Below, piece by piece: positions 29,448-40,230 of a stretch of 51,674 bases of DNA. How positions within the stretch are numbered: the first letter of the stretch is position 1; every line of letters begins with the position of its first letter. The DNA is taken from the NCBI GenBank assembly GCA_028685665.1, contig JAQUDN010000002.1:1-51674 (forward strand), in the 5' to 3' direction. Under the pieces are notes generated by a model, which saw only the letters and a program-made list of their open reading frames with translations, was not told where the DNA came from and did not search any database. A program made the position numbers and the translations under genes. This DNA comes from Burkholderiaceae bacterium (GTDB lineage: Bacteria; Pseudomonadota; Gammaproteobacteria; Burkholderiales; Burkholderiaceae_C).

Positions 29448-29479
29448 AGCGCCAGGGTCCCCTGTTGGGGCCTGGCGCT
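29448..29479. terminator. Hairpin between convergent ybbN and purC (candidate terminator)
   Basis: AGCGCCAGG-14 nt-CCTGGCGCT, a perfect 9-bp stem. The U-tract is poor. Confidence 0.4.
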
Positions 29480-29527
29480 TGGCGTCTTCGGGTGGGGGTG
29501 GGCGCTGCGCTCGGGCCCGAGGCCGGA

Positions 29528-30448
29528 TCAGGCCGTGAGGCGTTGCAGGGCTTCCTGGTATTTGGCCGCTGTCTTGGCGATCACGTCCTGGGGCAACCGG
29601 GGCGCCGGGGCGGTCTTGTCCCAAGGCTTGCCATGGACCTGCGCCTGCTCCAGCCAGTCGCGCACAAACTGCTTGTCGTAGCTGGGCGGATTCTGTCCGG
29701 CGGCCAGCGCGGCCGCGTAACCTTCCACAGGCCAGTAGCGCGAGCTGTCGGGCGTCAGCACTTCGTCCATCAGCACCAGCGTGCCATCGGGCGCCAGGCC
29801 GAACTCGAATTTGGTGTCGGCAATGATCATGCCTTTCGTGAGCGCGATGTCGGCAGCCGCCTGGTAGATCGCAATGCTCAGGTCGCGGATCCGGGTGGCC
29901 AGGTCCAGGCCAATCATCTCGACGGTGCGCTCAAAAGTGATGTTTTCGTCATGCTCGCCCACCGCAGCTTTGGCGGCCGGTGTGTAGATGGGCTGGGGCA
30001 GCTTGGCGGCATTGGTCAGGCCGGTGGGCAGGGGGACGCCGCAGACCGATTGGGTTTCCTGGTATTCCTTCCAGCCACTGCCGGCCAGGTAGCCGCGCAC
30101 CACCGCCTCGACCGGGATGGGCTGCAAGCGTTGCACCAGCATCGAGCGGCCGCGCACCTGTTCGACTTCAGCGGGGCTCACCACGCTTTCCGGGGCTTCG
30201 CCCGTGAGGTGGTTGGGGCAGAGGTGGCCCAGCTTGTCGAACCAGAACAAGGCCATCTGCGTCAGCAGCACGCCCTTGCCCGGAATGGGCTCTCCCATGA
30301 TCACGTCGAAGGCCGAGAGGCGGTCGCTGGCCACCATCAGAATGCGCTGGTCGCCCACCGCGTAGTTGTCGCGCACCTTGCCGCGTGCGAGCAGGGGCAG
30401 GGAGGTCAGGGCCGAGGTGTGCAGGGCTTGGGGGCTGGGCTGGGTCAT
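29528..30448 (-). CDS. purC: Phosphoribosylaminoimidazole-succinocarboxamide synthase
   Basis: GKVRDNY..., [28 protein letters not shown]. Confidence 0.93.
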   Translation of the reverse strand: MTQPSPQALHTSALTSLPLLARGKVRDNYAVGDQRILMVASDRLSAFDVIMGEPIPGKGVLLTQMALFWFDKLGHLCPNHLTGEAPESVVSPAEVEQVRGRSMLVQRLQPIPVEAVVRGYLAGSGWKEYQETQSVCGVPLPTGLTNAAKLPQPIYTPAAKAAVGEHDENITFERTVEMIGLDLATRIRDLSIAIYQAAADIALTKGMIIADTKFEFGLAPDGTLVLMDEVLTPDSSRYWPVEGYAAALAAGQNPPSYDKQFVRDWLEQAQVHGKPWDKTAPAPRLPQDVIAKTAAKYQEALQRLTA

Positions 30449-30811
30449 GGTCTCAGTGCGGTAGGGAGGCCGTGGTGCGCACGGCATGCGGCGCGGATGC
30501 AGGCCTGGGGAAAGAGGGAGGGCGTAGGGGGCGTCAACCACCCGGACAAGACCCCGATTTTAAGCAGAGGGCGCAGCGCTGAAAGGCTGGCCGGTGCTGA
30601 GCGTTCCCGTGGTCAGCTTTCCATTGTGCGTCCTTCTGGCGTGGCCTGCAGCTGCGATTTCATAACCTACAGAGTGAGGGAGAAATAGGATTGCTTTTCG
30701 CTGCAGCTGGGGGCATAGTGAAGTTGTGTCAGCCCAGATGTATCCGAGTTCGTCACACCGCTTTTTTGACTCAGGGCGGTTTTTTCACTGTGTGCCATAG
30801 GAGAGCTATTT

Positions 30812-31147
30812 ATGAATTTGACGATCAGCGGTCACCACCTCGAAGTCACCCCCGCTTTGCGCAGCTATGTCACCAGCAAGCTCGAGCGGATCACCCGCCA
30901 CTTTGACCAAGTTGTCGATGTCAAGGTGCTGCTGACGGTAGATAACCAGAAGGAGAAAGACAAGCGCCAGCACGCAGAGTGCAATATCCATGTCAAGGGC
31001 AGCGATCTGTTTGCCGAGAGTGCCCACTCCGATCTGTACGCTGCCATCGATGAGCTGGTTGACAAGCTGGATCGCCAGGTCGTGCGCCACAAGGACCGCT
31101 TGCAGAACCACCACCACGAGGCCGCAAAACGCGAATTGCAGGTTTGA
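30812..31147 (+). CDS. hpf: Ribosome hibernation promoting factor
   Basis: [20 protein letters not shown]..., the short HPF/YfiA fold. AGGAG lies upstream. Confidence 0.92.
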   Translation: MNLTISGHHLEVTPALRSYVTSKLERITRHFDQVVDVKVLLTVDNQKEKDKRQHAECNIHVKGSDLFAESAHSDLYAAIDELVDKLDRQVVRHKDRLQNHHHEAAKRELQV

Positions 31148-31176
31148 AAAAGTCGGGCGCAAAGCCTGGCTGCAAC

Positions 31177-31201
31177 ACCGCCCTTCGGGGCGGTTTTTTT
31201 T
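31177..31201 (+). terminator. Intrinsic terminator after hpf
   Basis: ACCGCCC-ttcg-GGGCGGT followed by T8. Confidence 0.8.
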
Positions 31202-31259
31202 GTCCAAAGCGGCCTTGTTCATCGGTTTGTCAACATGTGCATAATTTGCCCCTGTGACC

Positions 31260-31727
31260 ATGAACCGACTCGCCTCCATCCTGCCCTCCGCTCAAGTCCT
31301 TGTGAGCGTTGACGCCACCAGCAAGAAGCGTGCTTTTGAAGAAGCGGGTCTTTTGTTTGAAAGCCAGCATGGCCTCTCCCGTGCACTGATCACGGACAGC
31401 CTGTTCGCCCGTGAGCGGCTGGGTTCGACAGGCCTGGGGCATGGGGTCGCCATTCCACATGGCCGCATCAAAGGGCTCAAGGCGCCCATGGCGGCCGTAT
31501 TCCAGCTCCTGCACCCGATTGGCTTTGACGCTCCGGACGAAATGCCCGTGGGTTTGCTGATCTTTTTGCTGGTGCCCGAGGCGGCAACCCAGAAGCACCT
31601 GGAAATTCTGTCGGAAATCGCTGAATTGCTCAGCGATGCGCCCTTGCGTGAAAAACTCAAGGCCTGTTCCGATGCCGCCGACCTGCACGGCATGATTGCC
31701 CACTGGCACTCGGCCCAGGCGGCCTGA
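31260..31727 (+). CDS. ptsN: PTS IIA-like nitrogen regulatory protein
   Basis: [12 protein letters not shown] contains the phosphorylatable His motif, and the protein has the EIIA-Ntr length. Confidence 0.9.
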   Translation: MNRLASILPSAQVLVSVDATSKKRAFEEAGLLFESQHGLSRALITDSLFARERLGSTGLGHGVAIPHGRIKGLKAPMAAVFQLLHPIGFDAPDEMPVGLLIFLLVPEAATQKHLEILSEIAELLSDAPLREKLKACSDAADLHGMIAHWHSAQAA

Positions 31728-31758
31728 GCGCCCTTCACCACTGCCCTGGTTTGATCCC

Positions 31759-32715
31759 GTGAAACCCAACGTCGTCAGCGCCGATGCCCTGTTTGAGGCC
31801 TTTCGCGGTCCCCTGAGATGGGAGTGGCTCGCCGGGCTGGGGGCTTCCGAGCGGCGTTTTGATGAAGTGGTCGTGCGTTCGGCGCGCTCCGGGGCCGACC
31901 TGGTGGGCTACCTGAACTACATCCATCCCTACCGGGTGCAGATTCTGGGTGAGCGTGAAATTGCCTATCTCACCAATGCCTCGCCCGAAGACTGCAAGCG
32001 CCGTATTGCCCGCATCGTGACCCTGGAGCCTCCGGTCCTGGTGCTGGCCGATGGCCAGCAGGCCCCCGATGCCCTGCTCTCGATGTGTGAACGTGCACAG
32101 ATTCCGATGTTCGCCACCCGCGAGCCTTCGGCCTTTGTCATCGATGTGCTGCGTGCCTACCTGTCCAAGCACTTTGCCGACCGCACCACCATGCACGGCG
32201 TGTTCATGGATATTTTGGGCCTGGGCGTGATGATCACGGGCGAATCCGGCCTGGGCAAGAGCGAGCTGGGGCTGGAACTGATCTCGCGCGGCAACGGCCT
32301 CGTGGCCGACGATGCGGTGGACCTGTTCCGGATCAACCAGACCACCATCGAAGGCAAGTGCCCCGAGCTTTTGCAGAACCTCCTGGAAGTGCGCGGCATT
32401 GGCCTGCTGGACATTCGCGCGATTTTTGGCGAGACCGCAGTGCGGCGCAAGATGCGCCTGCGCCTGATCGTGCACCTGGTGCGCAAGGAAACGCTGGAGC
32501 GCGACTACCACCGCTTGCCCCACGAGCCGCTGACCCAGGATGTGCTGGGTGTGCCCGTGCTGAAAGTGGTGATCCAGGTGGTCGCCGGGCGCAACATCGC
32601 TGTGTTGGTGGAAGCGGCCGTGCGCAACACCATTCTGCAGTTGCGCGGCATCGACACCTACCAGGAGTTCGTCGAACGGCACCGCCGCGCCATGGAGCAC
32701 GACAGCGGTTTTTGA
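31759..32715 (+). CDS. hprK: HPr kinase/phosphorylase
   Basis: Walker [31 protein letters not shown] start is chosen because (V)[11 protein letters not shown] matches the usual N-terminus. ATG 31696 is the alternative. Confidence 0.88.
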   Translation: MKPNVVSADALFEAFRGPLRWEWLAGLGASERRFDEVVVRSARSGADLVGYLNYIHPYRVQILGEREIAYLTNASPEDCKRRIARIVTLEPPVLVLADGQQAPDALLSMCERAQIPMFATREPSAFVIDVLRAYLSKHFADRTTMHGVFMDILGLGVMITGESGLGKSELGLELISRGNGLVADDAVDLFRINQTTIEGKCPELLQNLLEVRGIGLLDIRAIFGETAVRRKMRLRLIVHLVRKETLERDYHRLPHEPLTQDVLGVPVLKVVIQVVAGRNIAVLVEAAVRNTILQLRGIDTYQEFVERHRRAMEHDSGF

Positions 32716-32757
32716 CAGGCCCTGGCGCGCAGGCCAGGGAGGCCTGGTTTTTCAGGC

Positions 32758-33174
32758 TTATTTTTGTGCGCAGCTGGCGCACTGGCCGTACAGCGCCATG
32801 GCGTGGTCATGCACGACCCAGCCTTTGGCTTTGGCCACGATCTGTTGGCGCTGCTCGATTTCAGGATCGTAGAACTCTTCCACTTTGCCGCAGCGTGTGC
32901 AGACAAAATGGTCGTGGTGTTTGCCTTCGTCCAGCTCGTAAATGGCCTTGCCGCTTTCGAAGGTGCTGCGGATCAGGATGCCGGCCTGCTCGAACTGGGT
33001 CAGCACACGGTAGACCGTGGCCAGCCCGATGTCCGAGCGCTCTTCGAGCAATACCCGGAACACATCTTCGGCCGTCATGTGGCGCTGGGCCCCGGTCTGA
33101 AAAATCTCCAGAATTTTCAGGCGGGGCAGCGTGGCCTTGAGTCCGGTGCTTTTGAGTTCGTCGATGTTCTTCAT
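32758..33174 (-). CDS. fur: Ferric uptake regulator
   Basis: [12 protein letters not shown]..., [16 protein letters not shown], CxxC pairs. Confidence 0.95.
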   Translation of the reverse strand: MKNIDELKSTGLKATLPRLKILEIFQTGAQRHMTAEDVFRVLLEERSDIGLATVYRVLTQFEQAGILIRSTFESGKAIYELDEGKHHDHFVCTRCGKVEEFYDPEIEQRQQIVAKAKGWVVHDHAMALYGQCASCAQK

Positions 33175-33234
33175 GGATAAGTCGGTGGGGCCGCAACAGA
33201 CCGCGTGCTCGGGGCCTGAAGGCCTGCCGCTACA

Positions 33235-33247
33235 ATGATCCGATCAT
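33235..33247. promoter_or_regulatory. Fur-box-like palindrome ATGATC-c-GATCAT overlapping a TACAAT -10-like hexamer
   Basis: A perfect 6+6 inverted repeat in the fur/bamE divergent spacer, with TACAAT at 33231..33236. Confidence 0.3.
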
Positions 33248-33266
33248 ATCCGTACGACCCTTTTCC

Positions 33267-33818
33267 ATGTCCGTCAAAGCCCATCGCAGCGCCCACCTTG
33301 GCTTGATCTTCCTGCTGGGTGCCGCCTTGGCGGGGTGCAGCAGCCTGGATGGCGCCAGCCAGCGTCTGGTCCGCGTCGTCACGCCCTACAAGGCGGTCGT
33401 GGTGCAAGGTAACTTCATCTCGCGCGAGCAGGTCGAAGTGCTCCAGCCGGGCATGAGCCGCCAGCAGGTGCGCGACATTCTGGGGACCCCGCTGGTCACC
33501 AGCCTGTTCCATGCCGACCGCTGGGAATATGTCTTCACGCTGCAGCGTCCTGGCGTAGACCTGGAGGCGCGCAAGCTCTCGGTGTTCTTCCAGGGCGATG
33601 TCCTGGAGCGTTTCGAGGGCGACACCATGCCCTCCGAGTCGGAGTTCGTCGCCACCCTGGGCAGCCCGCGTCCAGCCCAGGCCAAAGTGCCGGTGCTGGA
33701 GGCCACGCCGGAGCAACTCGCCCGCTTCCCGGCGCCCCAGCGCGCCACGAACCCGGTACTGGCCCCTGCGCCCGCACTGCCAGCCAGCTACCCGCCGCTG
33801 GAAGCCCCCGCGCGCTGA
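33267..33818 (+). CDS. bamE: Outer membrane protein assembly factor BamE (SmpA/OmlA)
   Basis: Lipobox LAGCSS, VVQGNFISREQVEVLQPGMSRQQVRDILGTPL, and a Pro-rich tail. Confidence 0.85.
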   Translation: MSVKAHRSAHLGLIFLLGAALAGCSSLDGASQRLVRVVTPYKAVVVQGNFISREQVEVLQPGMSRQQVRDILGTPLVTSLFHADRWEYVFTLQRPGVDLEARKLSVFFQGDVLERFEGDTMPSESEFVATLGSPRPAQAKVPVLEATPEQLARFPAPQRATNPVLAPAPALPASYPPLEAPAR

Positions 33819-33884
33819 CCGTTCGCGCAGCGCACGGGCGGACCGTTCGCCATTTCACGCCGTATTCACCTTGACAGGAACGAC

Positions 33885-34724
33885 ATGACAGGAAATTCTT
33901 TGCCTGCAATCTCCCCCGCCCATCCCCGCCGTGTGGCGGTGGCCGGGGCCTCTGGCCGCATGGGCCGCATGCTGATCGAAGCCATCCGGGCCAGCGACGA
34001 CTGCGTCCTGGCGGGGGCGCTGGACCTGCCCTCCAGCCCTGCCATCGGTTCGGATGCTGCAGCCTTCCTGGGCCATGTGAGCGGCGTGGCCATCACCGCC
34101 GACCTGCGCGAAGGCCTGCAAAACGCCGATGTCCTGATCGATTTCACCCGCCCCGAAGGCACGCTGGCCCACCTGGCCGTTTGCCGCGAGCTGGGGGTGC
34201 AAATGGTCATTGGCACCACCGGTTTCACCGAGGCCCAGAAGGCCGACATCGCCGCGCAGGCGCAGCGCACCGCCATCGTCATGGCGCCCAATATGAGCGT
34301 GGGCGTCAACGTCACGCTCAAGCTTTTGCAGATGGCTGCCAAGGCCATGCCCACGGGCTATGACATCGAGATCATCGAAGCCCACCACCGCCACAAGGTC
34401 GATGCGCCCTCGGGCACGGCACTCAAGATGGGCGAAGTCATCGCCGACGCGCTGGGCCGCGACCTCAAGGACTGTGCCGTGTACGCCCGCGAAGGCGTGA
34501 CCGGCGAGCGCGACCCTTCGAGCATTGGCTTTGCCACCATCCGCGGTGGCGACATCGTGGGCGACCACACCGTGCTGTTTGCCGGCATCGGCGAGCGCAT
34601 CGAGGTCACGCACAAATCATCGAGCCGCGCGACCTACGCCCAAGGCAGCTTGCGCGCCGTGCGCTTTTTGGCGGGGCACCCCACGGGCATGTTCGACATG
34701 TTCGACGTGCTGGGCCTGAACTGA
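33885..34724 (+). CDS. dapB: 4-hydroxy-tetrahydrodipicolinate reductase
   Basis: [26 protein letters not shown]. Confidence 0.95.
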   Translation: MTGNSLPAISPAHPRRVAVAGASGRMGRMLIEAIRASDDCVLAGALDLPSSPAIGSDAAAFLGHVSGVAITADLREGLQNADVLIDFTRPEGTLAHLAVCRELGVQMVIGTTGFTEAQKADIAAQAQRTAIVMAPNMSVGVNVTLKLLQMAAKAMPTGYDIEIIEAHHRHKVDAPSGTALKMGEVIADALGRDLKDCAVYAREGVTGERDPSSIGFATIRGGDIVGDHTVLFAGIGERIEVTHKSSSRATYAQGSLRAVRFLAGHPTGMFDMFDVLGLN

Positions 34725-34739
34725 TTTCGGCGGCCCGGC

Positions 34740-35414
34740 ATGGACGCACTGCAGTGGTGGCGCCAGGGCGATGCGGTGACGCAGGGCACGGCCCTGCTGC
34801 TGCTGGCCATGTCGGTGGCCAGCTGGGCGGTGATGGTCTGGAAAGCCCGCTTGCTGTACCGCTGCAGCGCCGATCTGGCGCGCTGCACCGCCGCTTTCTG
34901 GCAGGCGCCGTCCCTGGACGTGGCGGCGCAGCGCTTGGCCTCTTTTGACCGTGAAGCGCTCATCCTGCCGATGGTGTCTGCTGCAAATTTGATAGCGCAG
35001 CCCACCCAGATCAGCAGCCTGGCAACCCAGGGCAGCCTGTCGCAGCAATACACCCGGGTACTGCGGGATGCCCTGCATGGCGTGCTGGCCCGGTTGCAGT
35101 GGGGCCAGGTGCTGCTGGCGACGGTGGCATCGACCGCGCCCTTCGTCGGCCTGTTGGGCACGGTCTGGGGCATCTACCACGCCCTCACGGCCCTGGTCGG
35201 TGCAGGCCCGGTCACCATCGACCGTGTGGCCGGCCCCGTGGGCGAAGCCCTGGTGATGACGGCGGCGGGGCTGGCCGTGGCCATTCCCGCCGTGCTGGCC
35301 TACAACCTGCTCGGCCGCCTGCTCGGTCGCATCGAAGCCGACCTCGAGGGCTTTGCCCTGGATTTGCGCGACTGGCTGCTCGACGGCCTGCCCCCGGCAG
35401 CGGCCCGCCGCTGA
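34740..35414 (+). CDS. exbB: MotA/TolQ/ExbB proton-channel family protein
   Basis: 3 TM segments; TAPFVGLLGTVWGI, PVGEALVMTAAGLAVAIPAVLAYN. Confidence 0.85.
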   Translation: MDALQWWRQGDAVTQGTALLLLAMSVASWAVMVWKARLLYRCSADLARCTAAFWQAPSLDVAAQRLASFDREALILPMVSAANLIAQPTQISSLATQGSLSQQYTRVLRDALHGVLARLQWGQVLLATVASTAPFVGLLGTVWGIYHALTALVGAGPVTIDRVAGPVGEALVMTAAGLAVAIPAVLAYNLLGRLLGRIEADLEGFALDLRDWLLDGLPPAAARR

Positions 35415-35426
35415 GGGGGCCCTGCC

Positions 35427-35864
35427 ATGGCATTCGGCCGCCTTGAACGCCAGCCCGGGCCCCAGCCCCTGAGCGAGATCAATATGACGCCGTTGGTCGA
35501 CGTCATGCTGGTGCTGGTGGTCATCTTCATCCTCACGGCGCCTTTGCTGGCCAGTGCCATCCGGCTCGACCTGCCGCGCACCGACGCGGCCACGCCGGGC
35601 GCGCCGCCGCCTTCTGTCACCCTGGTCGTGGACGCTGCAGGCCAGGCCTATCTGGACGATCTGCCGCTGTCCCCGGCGGCCCTGGCCGAGCGGCTGCAGC
35701 GCATCGGCGCCGCCCGTCCCGACACCGAGCTGCAATTGCGCGCCGACGCCCGCGTGCCCTATGGCCGGGTGGTCGAGGTGATGGGGGCCGCCCACCAGGC
35801 GGGGCTGCAGCGCATCGGCTTCGTGGCCGAGCCCGTGGCCGCGTCTTCCCTCGCGGCGCCCTGA
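35427..35864 (+). CDS. exbD: ExbD/TolR family protein
   Basis: EINMTPLVDVMLVLVVIF..., a single TM segment plus a periplasmic domain. Confidence 0.85.
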   Translation: MAFGRLERQPGPQPLSEINMTPLVDVMLVLVVIFILTAPLLASAIRLDLPRTDAATPGAPPPSVTLVVDAAGQAYLDDLPLSPAALAERLQRIGAARPDTELQLRADARVPYGRVVEVMGAAHQAGLQRIGFVAEPVAASSLAAP

Positions 35865-35962
35865 TTCCCGGATCCTGCCCGGGACGGGAGCCCCCCATCC
35901 CGAGCCCCTAAAATCTGCGCAGCGCAGTCCTGTGGCTGCATCTCCCTCACTCCAAGCCCCCC

Positions 35963-38644
35963 ATGCAAGAAAAATACTCTCCGCAAGAGGTCGAGCGCGC
36001 CGCGCAGGACCACTGGACTGCCCGCGATGCCTACCGCGTGACCGAAGACGCGAATAAGAAGAAGTTCTACGCCTGCTCGATGCTGCCCTACCCCAGCGGC
36101 AAGCTGCACATGGGCCATGTGCGCAACTACACCATCAACGACATGCTCACGCGCTACCTGCGCATGAACGGCCACAACGTGCTGATGCCCATGGGCTGGG
36201 ACGCCTTCGGCCTGCCGGCCGAGAACGCGGCGCTGAAGAACGGCGTGCCGCCCGCGCAGTGGACCTACGACAACATCGCCTACATGAAGAAGCAGATGAA
36301 GGCGATGGGCCTGGCCATCGACTGGAGCCGCGAAATCGCCACCTGCGACCCCGACTACTACCAATGGAACCAGTGGCTGTTCCTGAAGATGCTCGAAAAA
36401 GGCATTGCCTACCGCAAGACCCAGGTCGTGAACTGGGACCCGGTGGACCAGACCGTGCTGGCCAACGAGCAGGTGATTGACGGCAAGGGCTGGCGCACCG
36501 GCGCCACCGTGGAAAAGCGCGAAATCCCCGGCTACTACCTCAAGATCACCGACTACGCCGAAGAGCTGCTCGACTTCGTCACCGGCGACAAGCTGCCCGG
36601 CTGGCCCGAGCGCGTCAAGCTGATGCAGGAAAACTGGATCGGCAAGAGCGAGGGCGTGCGCTTTGCCTTCCCCCACGACATTCGGGGCGACGACGGCGCG
36701 CTGATCGGCGACGGCAAGATGTATGTGTTCACCACCCGTGCCGACACCATCATGGGCGTGACCTTCTGCGCCGTGGCCCCCGAGCACCCGCTGGCCCAGC
36801 ATGCGGCGCAGGGCAACGCGTCCCTGGAAGCCTTCATCCACGAGTGCAAGAGCGGTGGCACCACGGAGGCCGAACTGGCCACCCAGGAAAAGAAGGGCCT
36901 GCCCACCGGCCTGTTCGTGATCCATCCGCTGACCGGCGAGAAGGTCGAGGTCTGGGTCGGCAATTACGTGCTGATGGGCTATGGCGACGGCGCTGTCATG
37001 GGCGTGCCCGCGCACGACGAGCGCGACTTTGCCTTTGCGCTCAAGTACGGCATCCCGATCAAGCAAGTGGTGCTGGTCGATGGCGAGGACTTCGACTACC
37101 ACCAGTGGAAAGACTGGTACGGCGACAAGCAGCGCGGCGTGACCGTCAACTCCGACAGCTTCAGCGGCCTGGCCTACAAGGACGCCGTGAACGCCGTGGC
37201 CCACGCGCTGGGCCAGCAGGGCCTGGGCGAGAAAAAGACCACCTGGCGCCTGCGCGACTGGGGCATCAGCCGCCAGCGCTACTGGGGCACCCCGATCCCG
37301 ATCATCCATTGCCCCGAGCACGGCGCCGTGCCGGTGCCCGAAAAAGACCTGCCCGTGGTGCTGCCGCAAGACTGCATCCCCGACGGCTCGGGCAATCCGC
37401 TGCACAAGCACGAAGGCTTCCATGCAGGCGTGACCTGCCCCGTGTGCGGCCAGGCGGCCCGCCGCGAAACCGACACCATGGACACCTTCGTGGACAGCTC
37501 GTGGTACTTCATGCGCTACTGCGACCCGAAGAACCGCGACGCCATGGTGGCGGGCGGTGCGGATTACTGGATGCCGATGGACCAGTACATCGGCGGCATC
37601 GAGCACGCCATCCTGCACCTGCTGTACGCGCGCTTCTGGACCAAGGTCATGCGCGACCTGGGCCTGGTCAAGGTCGATGAGCCCTTCACCAAGCTGCTCA
37701 CGCAGGGCATGGTGCTCAACCACATCTACAGCCGCCGCACCGAGAAGGGCGGCAAGGAGTATTTCTGGCCGCACGATGTCGAGCATGTGCTGGACGATGC
37801 CGGCAAGGTCCTGGGGGCCCGCCTGGTCAACGCCGTGGGCAATTTGCCCGTGGGCACGCCGATTGACTACGAGGGCGTGGGCACCATGTCCAAGTCCAAG
37901 AACAACGGCGTGGACCCGCAGGACCTGATCGAGAAATACGGCGCCGACACCGCGCGCCTGTACACCATGTTCACCGCCCCGCCCGAGGCCACGCTGGAGT
38001 GGAACGATGCCGCCGTCGAGGGCAGCTACCGCTTCCTGCGCCGGGTCTGGAACTTCGCCGCCAAGCTGTCTGCTATGGATAAGATAGCTGCTGACGCAAG
38101 CGTGTCGGGGGCTGCAAGCCTGAAGGATGTGGAATTTGGCAAAGAGGCCAAAGCCCTGCGCCTGGAGATCCACACCGTGCTCAAGCAGGTGGATTACGAC
38201 TACCAGCGCATGCAGTACAACACCGTGGTGTCCGGCGCCATGAAGATGATCAACGCCCTGGAAGCCTTCAAGGCGGTGGATGCGGCCGGGGCCCCGGTCG
38301 CCCTGATCGAGGGCTTCGGCATTCTGCTGCGCTGCCTCTACCCCGCCACGCCGCACATCGCCCACGGTCTGTGGGGCAGCCTGGGCTATGCCGACCACCT
38401 GGGCGATCTGCTGGATGCGCCCTGGCCCCAGGTCGATCCCCAGGCCCTGGTGCAGGACGAGATCGAGCTCATGCTGCAAATCAACGGCAAGCTGCGCGGC
38501 GCGATCCGGGTGCCCGCCCAGGCCGACAAGGCCGAGATCGAGCGCCTGGCCCTGGCCAGCGAAGCCTTTGCCGCCCAGGCCGCAGGCGCTGCGCCCAAGA
38601 AGGTGGTTGTGGTGCCAGGCCGCCTGGTCAACGTGGTGGTCTGA
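35963..38644 (+). CDS. leuS: Leucine--tRNA ligase
   Basis: HMGH (HIGH) and KMSKS motifs ([10 protein letters not shown]); full length, 893 aa. Confidence 0.97.
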   Translation: MQEKYSPQEVERAAQDHWTARDAYRVTEDANKKKFYACSMLPYPSGKLHMGHVRNYTINDMLTRYLRMNGHNVLMPMGWDAFGLPAENAALKNGVPPAQWTYDNIAYMKKQMKAMGLAIDWSREIATCDPDYYQWNQWLFLKMLEKGIAYRKTQVVNWDPVDQTVLANEQVIDGKGWRTGATVEKREIPGYYLKITDYAEELLDFVTGDKLPGWPERVKLMQENWIGKSEGVRFAFPHDIRGDDGALIGDGKMYVFTTRADTIMGVTFCAVAPEHPLAQHAAQGNASLEAFIHECKSGGTTEAELATQEKKGLPTGLFVIHPLTGEKVEVWVGNYVLMGYGDGAVMGVPAHDERDFAFALKYGIPIKQVVLVDGEDFDYHQWKDWYGDKQRGVTVNSDSFSGLAYKDAVNAVAHALGQQGLGEKKTTWRLRDWGISRQRYWGTPIPIIHCPEHGAVPVPEKDLPVVLPQDCIPDGSGNPLHKHEGFHAGVTCPVCGQAARRETDTMDTFVDSSWYFMRYCDPKNRDAMVAGGADYWMPMDQYIGGIEHAILHLLYARFWTKVMRDLGLVKVDEPFTKLLTQGMVLNHIYSRRTEKGGKEYFWPHDVEHVLDDAGKVLGARLVNAVGNLPVGTPIDYEGVGTMSKSKNNGVDPQDLIEKYGADTARLYTMFTAPPEATLEWNDAAVEGSYRFLRRVWNFAAKLSAMDKIAADASVSGAASLKDVEFGKEAKALRLEIHTVLKQVDYDYQRMQYNTVVSGAMKMINALEAFKAVDAAGAPVALIEGFGILLRCLYPATPHIAHGLWGSLGYADHLGDLLDAPWPQVDPQALVQDEIELMLQINGKLRGAIRVPAQADKAEIERLALASEAFAAQAAGAAPKKVVVVPGRLVNVVV
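38071..38137 (+). repeat. Dispersed low-GC repeat, copy f (intragenic, in frame in leuS)
   Basis: TGCTATGGATAAGATAGCTGCTGACGCAAGCG...GCCTGAAGGATGTGGAATTT. Confidence 0.7.
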
Positions 38645-38647
38645 GCC

Positions 38648-39190
38648 ATGGCCCCGCGCATGTCGGTTTCAGGGGCCCCTGTGGGGGCGTTCCATGGGCG
38701 CCGGGCCTGGCTCGCGGCCGTCCCCGCCCTGTGCCTGGCGGGCTGTGGTTTTCGCCTGCGCGGGGTGCCTGAGTTCGCCTTCCAGTCGATCTACGTGGCG
38801 GCCCCGGCCAGTTCGCCCCTGGGGCGGGAGTTGCTGCGCACGCTGGAGAGCTCTGGCGGCACCTTGCAGGTGCTGCGCGACCCCGCCCAGTTGCCCCGTG
38901 CCGAGGCCATTTTTGACCTGCTGTCCGAGCGGCAGGAGCGTGCGGTGGTCGGCCTGACCGCCACCGGCCAGGTGCGCGAGCTGCAGCTGCGCCTGCGCAT
39001 CCGCTTTCGCTTGCGCACCCCGGCGGGCGAAGAGCTGATTCCCGAGACCGAGCTGCTGCAGCAGCGCGACATCAGCTACAGCGAAACCATCGCCCTGGCC
39101 AAGGAAACCGAAGAGGCCTTGCTGCACCGCAATATGCAGACCGACCTCGTGCAGCAGCTGCTGCGCCGCCTCGCGGCGGTCAAGCGCTAA
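38648..39190 (+). CDS. lptE: LPS-assembly lipoprotein LptE
   Basis: Lipobox LAGCGFRLRG and the position directly after leuS. Confidence 0.85.
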   Translation: MAPRMSVSGAPVGAFHGRRAWLAAVPALCLAGCGFRLRGVPEFAFQSIYVAAPASSPLGRELLRTLESSGGTLQVLRDPAQLPRAEAIFDLLSERQERAVVGLTATGQVRELQLRLRIRFRLRTPAGEELIPETELLQQRDISYSETIALAKETEEALLHRNMQTDLVQQLLRRLAAVKR

Positions 39191-40152
39191 AGCGGGGCCG
39201 GGCGCGGCCGGGCCAGCGTGCTCTTGCCCAGCAGGCGCTCGATCAGGTCCACGGCCAGTTCGGCCGTCTGGTTGCGCACATCGCGGGCAGGGTTGAGTTC
39301 CATCACGTCCAGGCTGGCCAGGCAAGCGCTGTCGGCGATCATTTCCATGCACAGCCGGGCTTCGCGGTAGGTGGGGCCTCCGGGCACCGGCGTGCCCACG
39401 CCGGGCGCGATGCCGGGGTCGAGAAAATCCAGGTCCAGGCTCACATGCAGGTGGCTGTGCGCATCCAGCCCCGCCAAGGCCTGCTGCACAACCGCCCGCA
39501 TGCCGATGGCGTCGATGGCGCGCATATCGAAGACCTCCATGTCCTGCTGCTGCATCCAGCGCTTTTCGCCGGGGTCCACGCTGCGCAGGCCGATCATCCG
39601 GAACTGGGCGGGCTGCAGCGCGTGGTGCAGGGGGGCTTGCGCCGTCAGGGCGGTGAGTTCCCGGGGCCCCTGCCCACAGAGGCAGGCCACGGGCATGCCA
39701 TGCAGGTTGCCGCTGGGCGTGAGCGCGCGGGTGTTGCCGTCGGCATGGGCATCGAGCCACAGCACCCGCAGCGTGCGGCCCGCCTGGGCGCAATGCTGGG
39801 CCACCGCGCTGATCGAGCCCACCGCCAGGCTGTGGTCCCCGCCGAGCAGCAGCGGCATTTCGCCCTGTGCCAGGGCTGCCTGCACGGCCTGGAAGACCCG
39901 CTGGTTCCAGGCCACCACCTCGGGGAGATGGCGGTAGCCCGCGACCGCCGGCCGCTCCGGGTTGGCGGGGCCGTGCAGGTTGCCGCGGTCATGCACGGGC
40001 AGTCCCTGGTGCTGCAAGGCCCGCACCAGGCCCGCGACACGCAGGGCCTCCGGGCCCATCGACGTGCCGCGCGTGCCGGCGCCCACATCGGTGGGGGCAC
40101 CGATCAGGCCGATGGTGGGAGGGCGGGAGCGGCTTGGCGGGAGCATGGGCAT
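39187..40152 (-). CDS. rocF: Arginase-family (ureohydrolase) protein, arginase-like
   Basis: GGDHS, DAHAD, SLDLDFLDP Mn-binding motifs. Only the 3' third of the 661-aa ORF is taken. Confidence 0.8.
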   Translation of the reverse strand: MPMLPPSRSRPPTIGLIGAPTDVGAGTRGTSMGPEALRVAGLVRALQHQGLPVHDRGNLHGPANPERPAVAGYRHLPEVVAWNQRVFQAVQAALAQGEMPLLLGGDHSLAVGSISAVAQHCAQAGRTLRVLWLDAHADGNTRALTPSGNLHGMPVACLCGQGPRELTALTAQAPLHHALQPAQFRMIGLRSVDPGEKRWMQQQDMEVFDMRAIDAIGMRAVVQQALAGLDAHSHLHVSLDLDFLDPGIAPGVGTPVPGGPTYREARLCMEMIADSACLASLDVMELNPARDVRNQTAELAVDLIERLLGKSTLARPRPAPL

Positions 40153-40230
40153 GCCTTTCAAGGGACGGGGCCCTGTCGGCCCCACGGAGCGGATTCCATT
40201 GTCCTCCGGGTGGGGCGATAAACTTTGCCC

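Noticed and set aside
30642-30656. Sigma-54-like TGGC-N..-TGC upstream of hpf
   Set aside because: The GG-to-GC spacing is one nucleotide short of the -24/-12 consensus, and the -12 region lacks TTGC.
30691-30906. 71-aa ORF overlapping the hpf start
   Set aside because: It has no codon bias, runs through the hpf RBS and start in another frame, and shows no motif.
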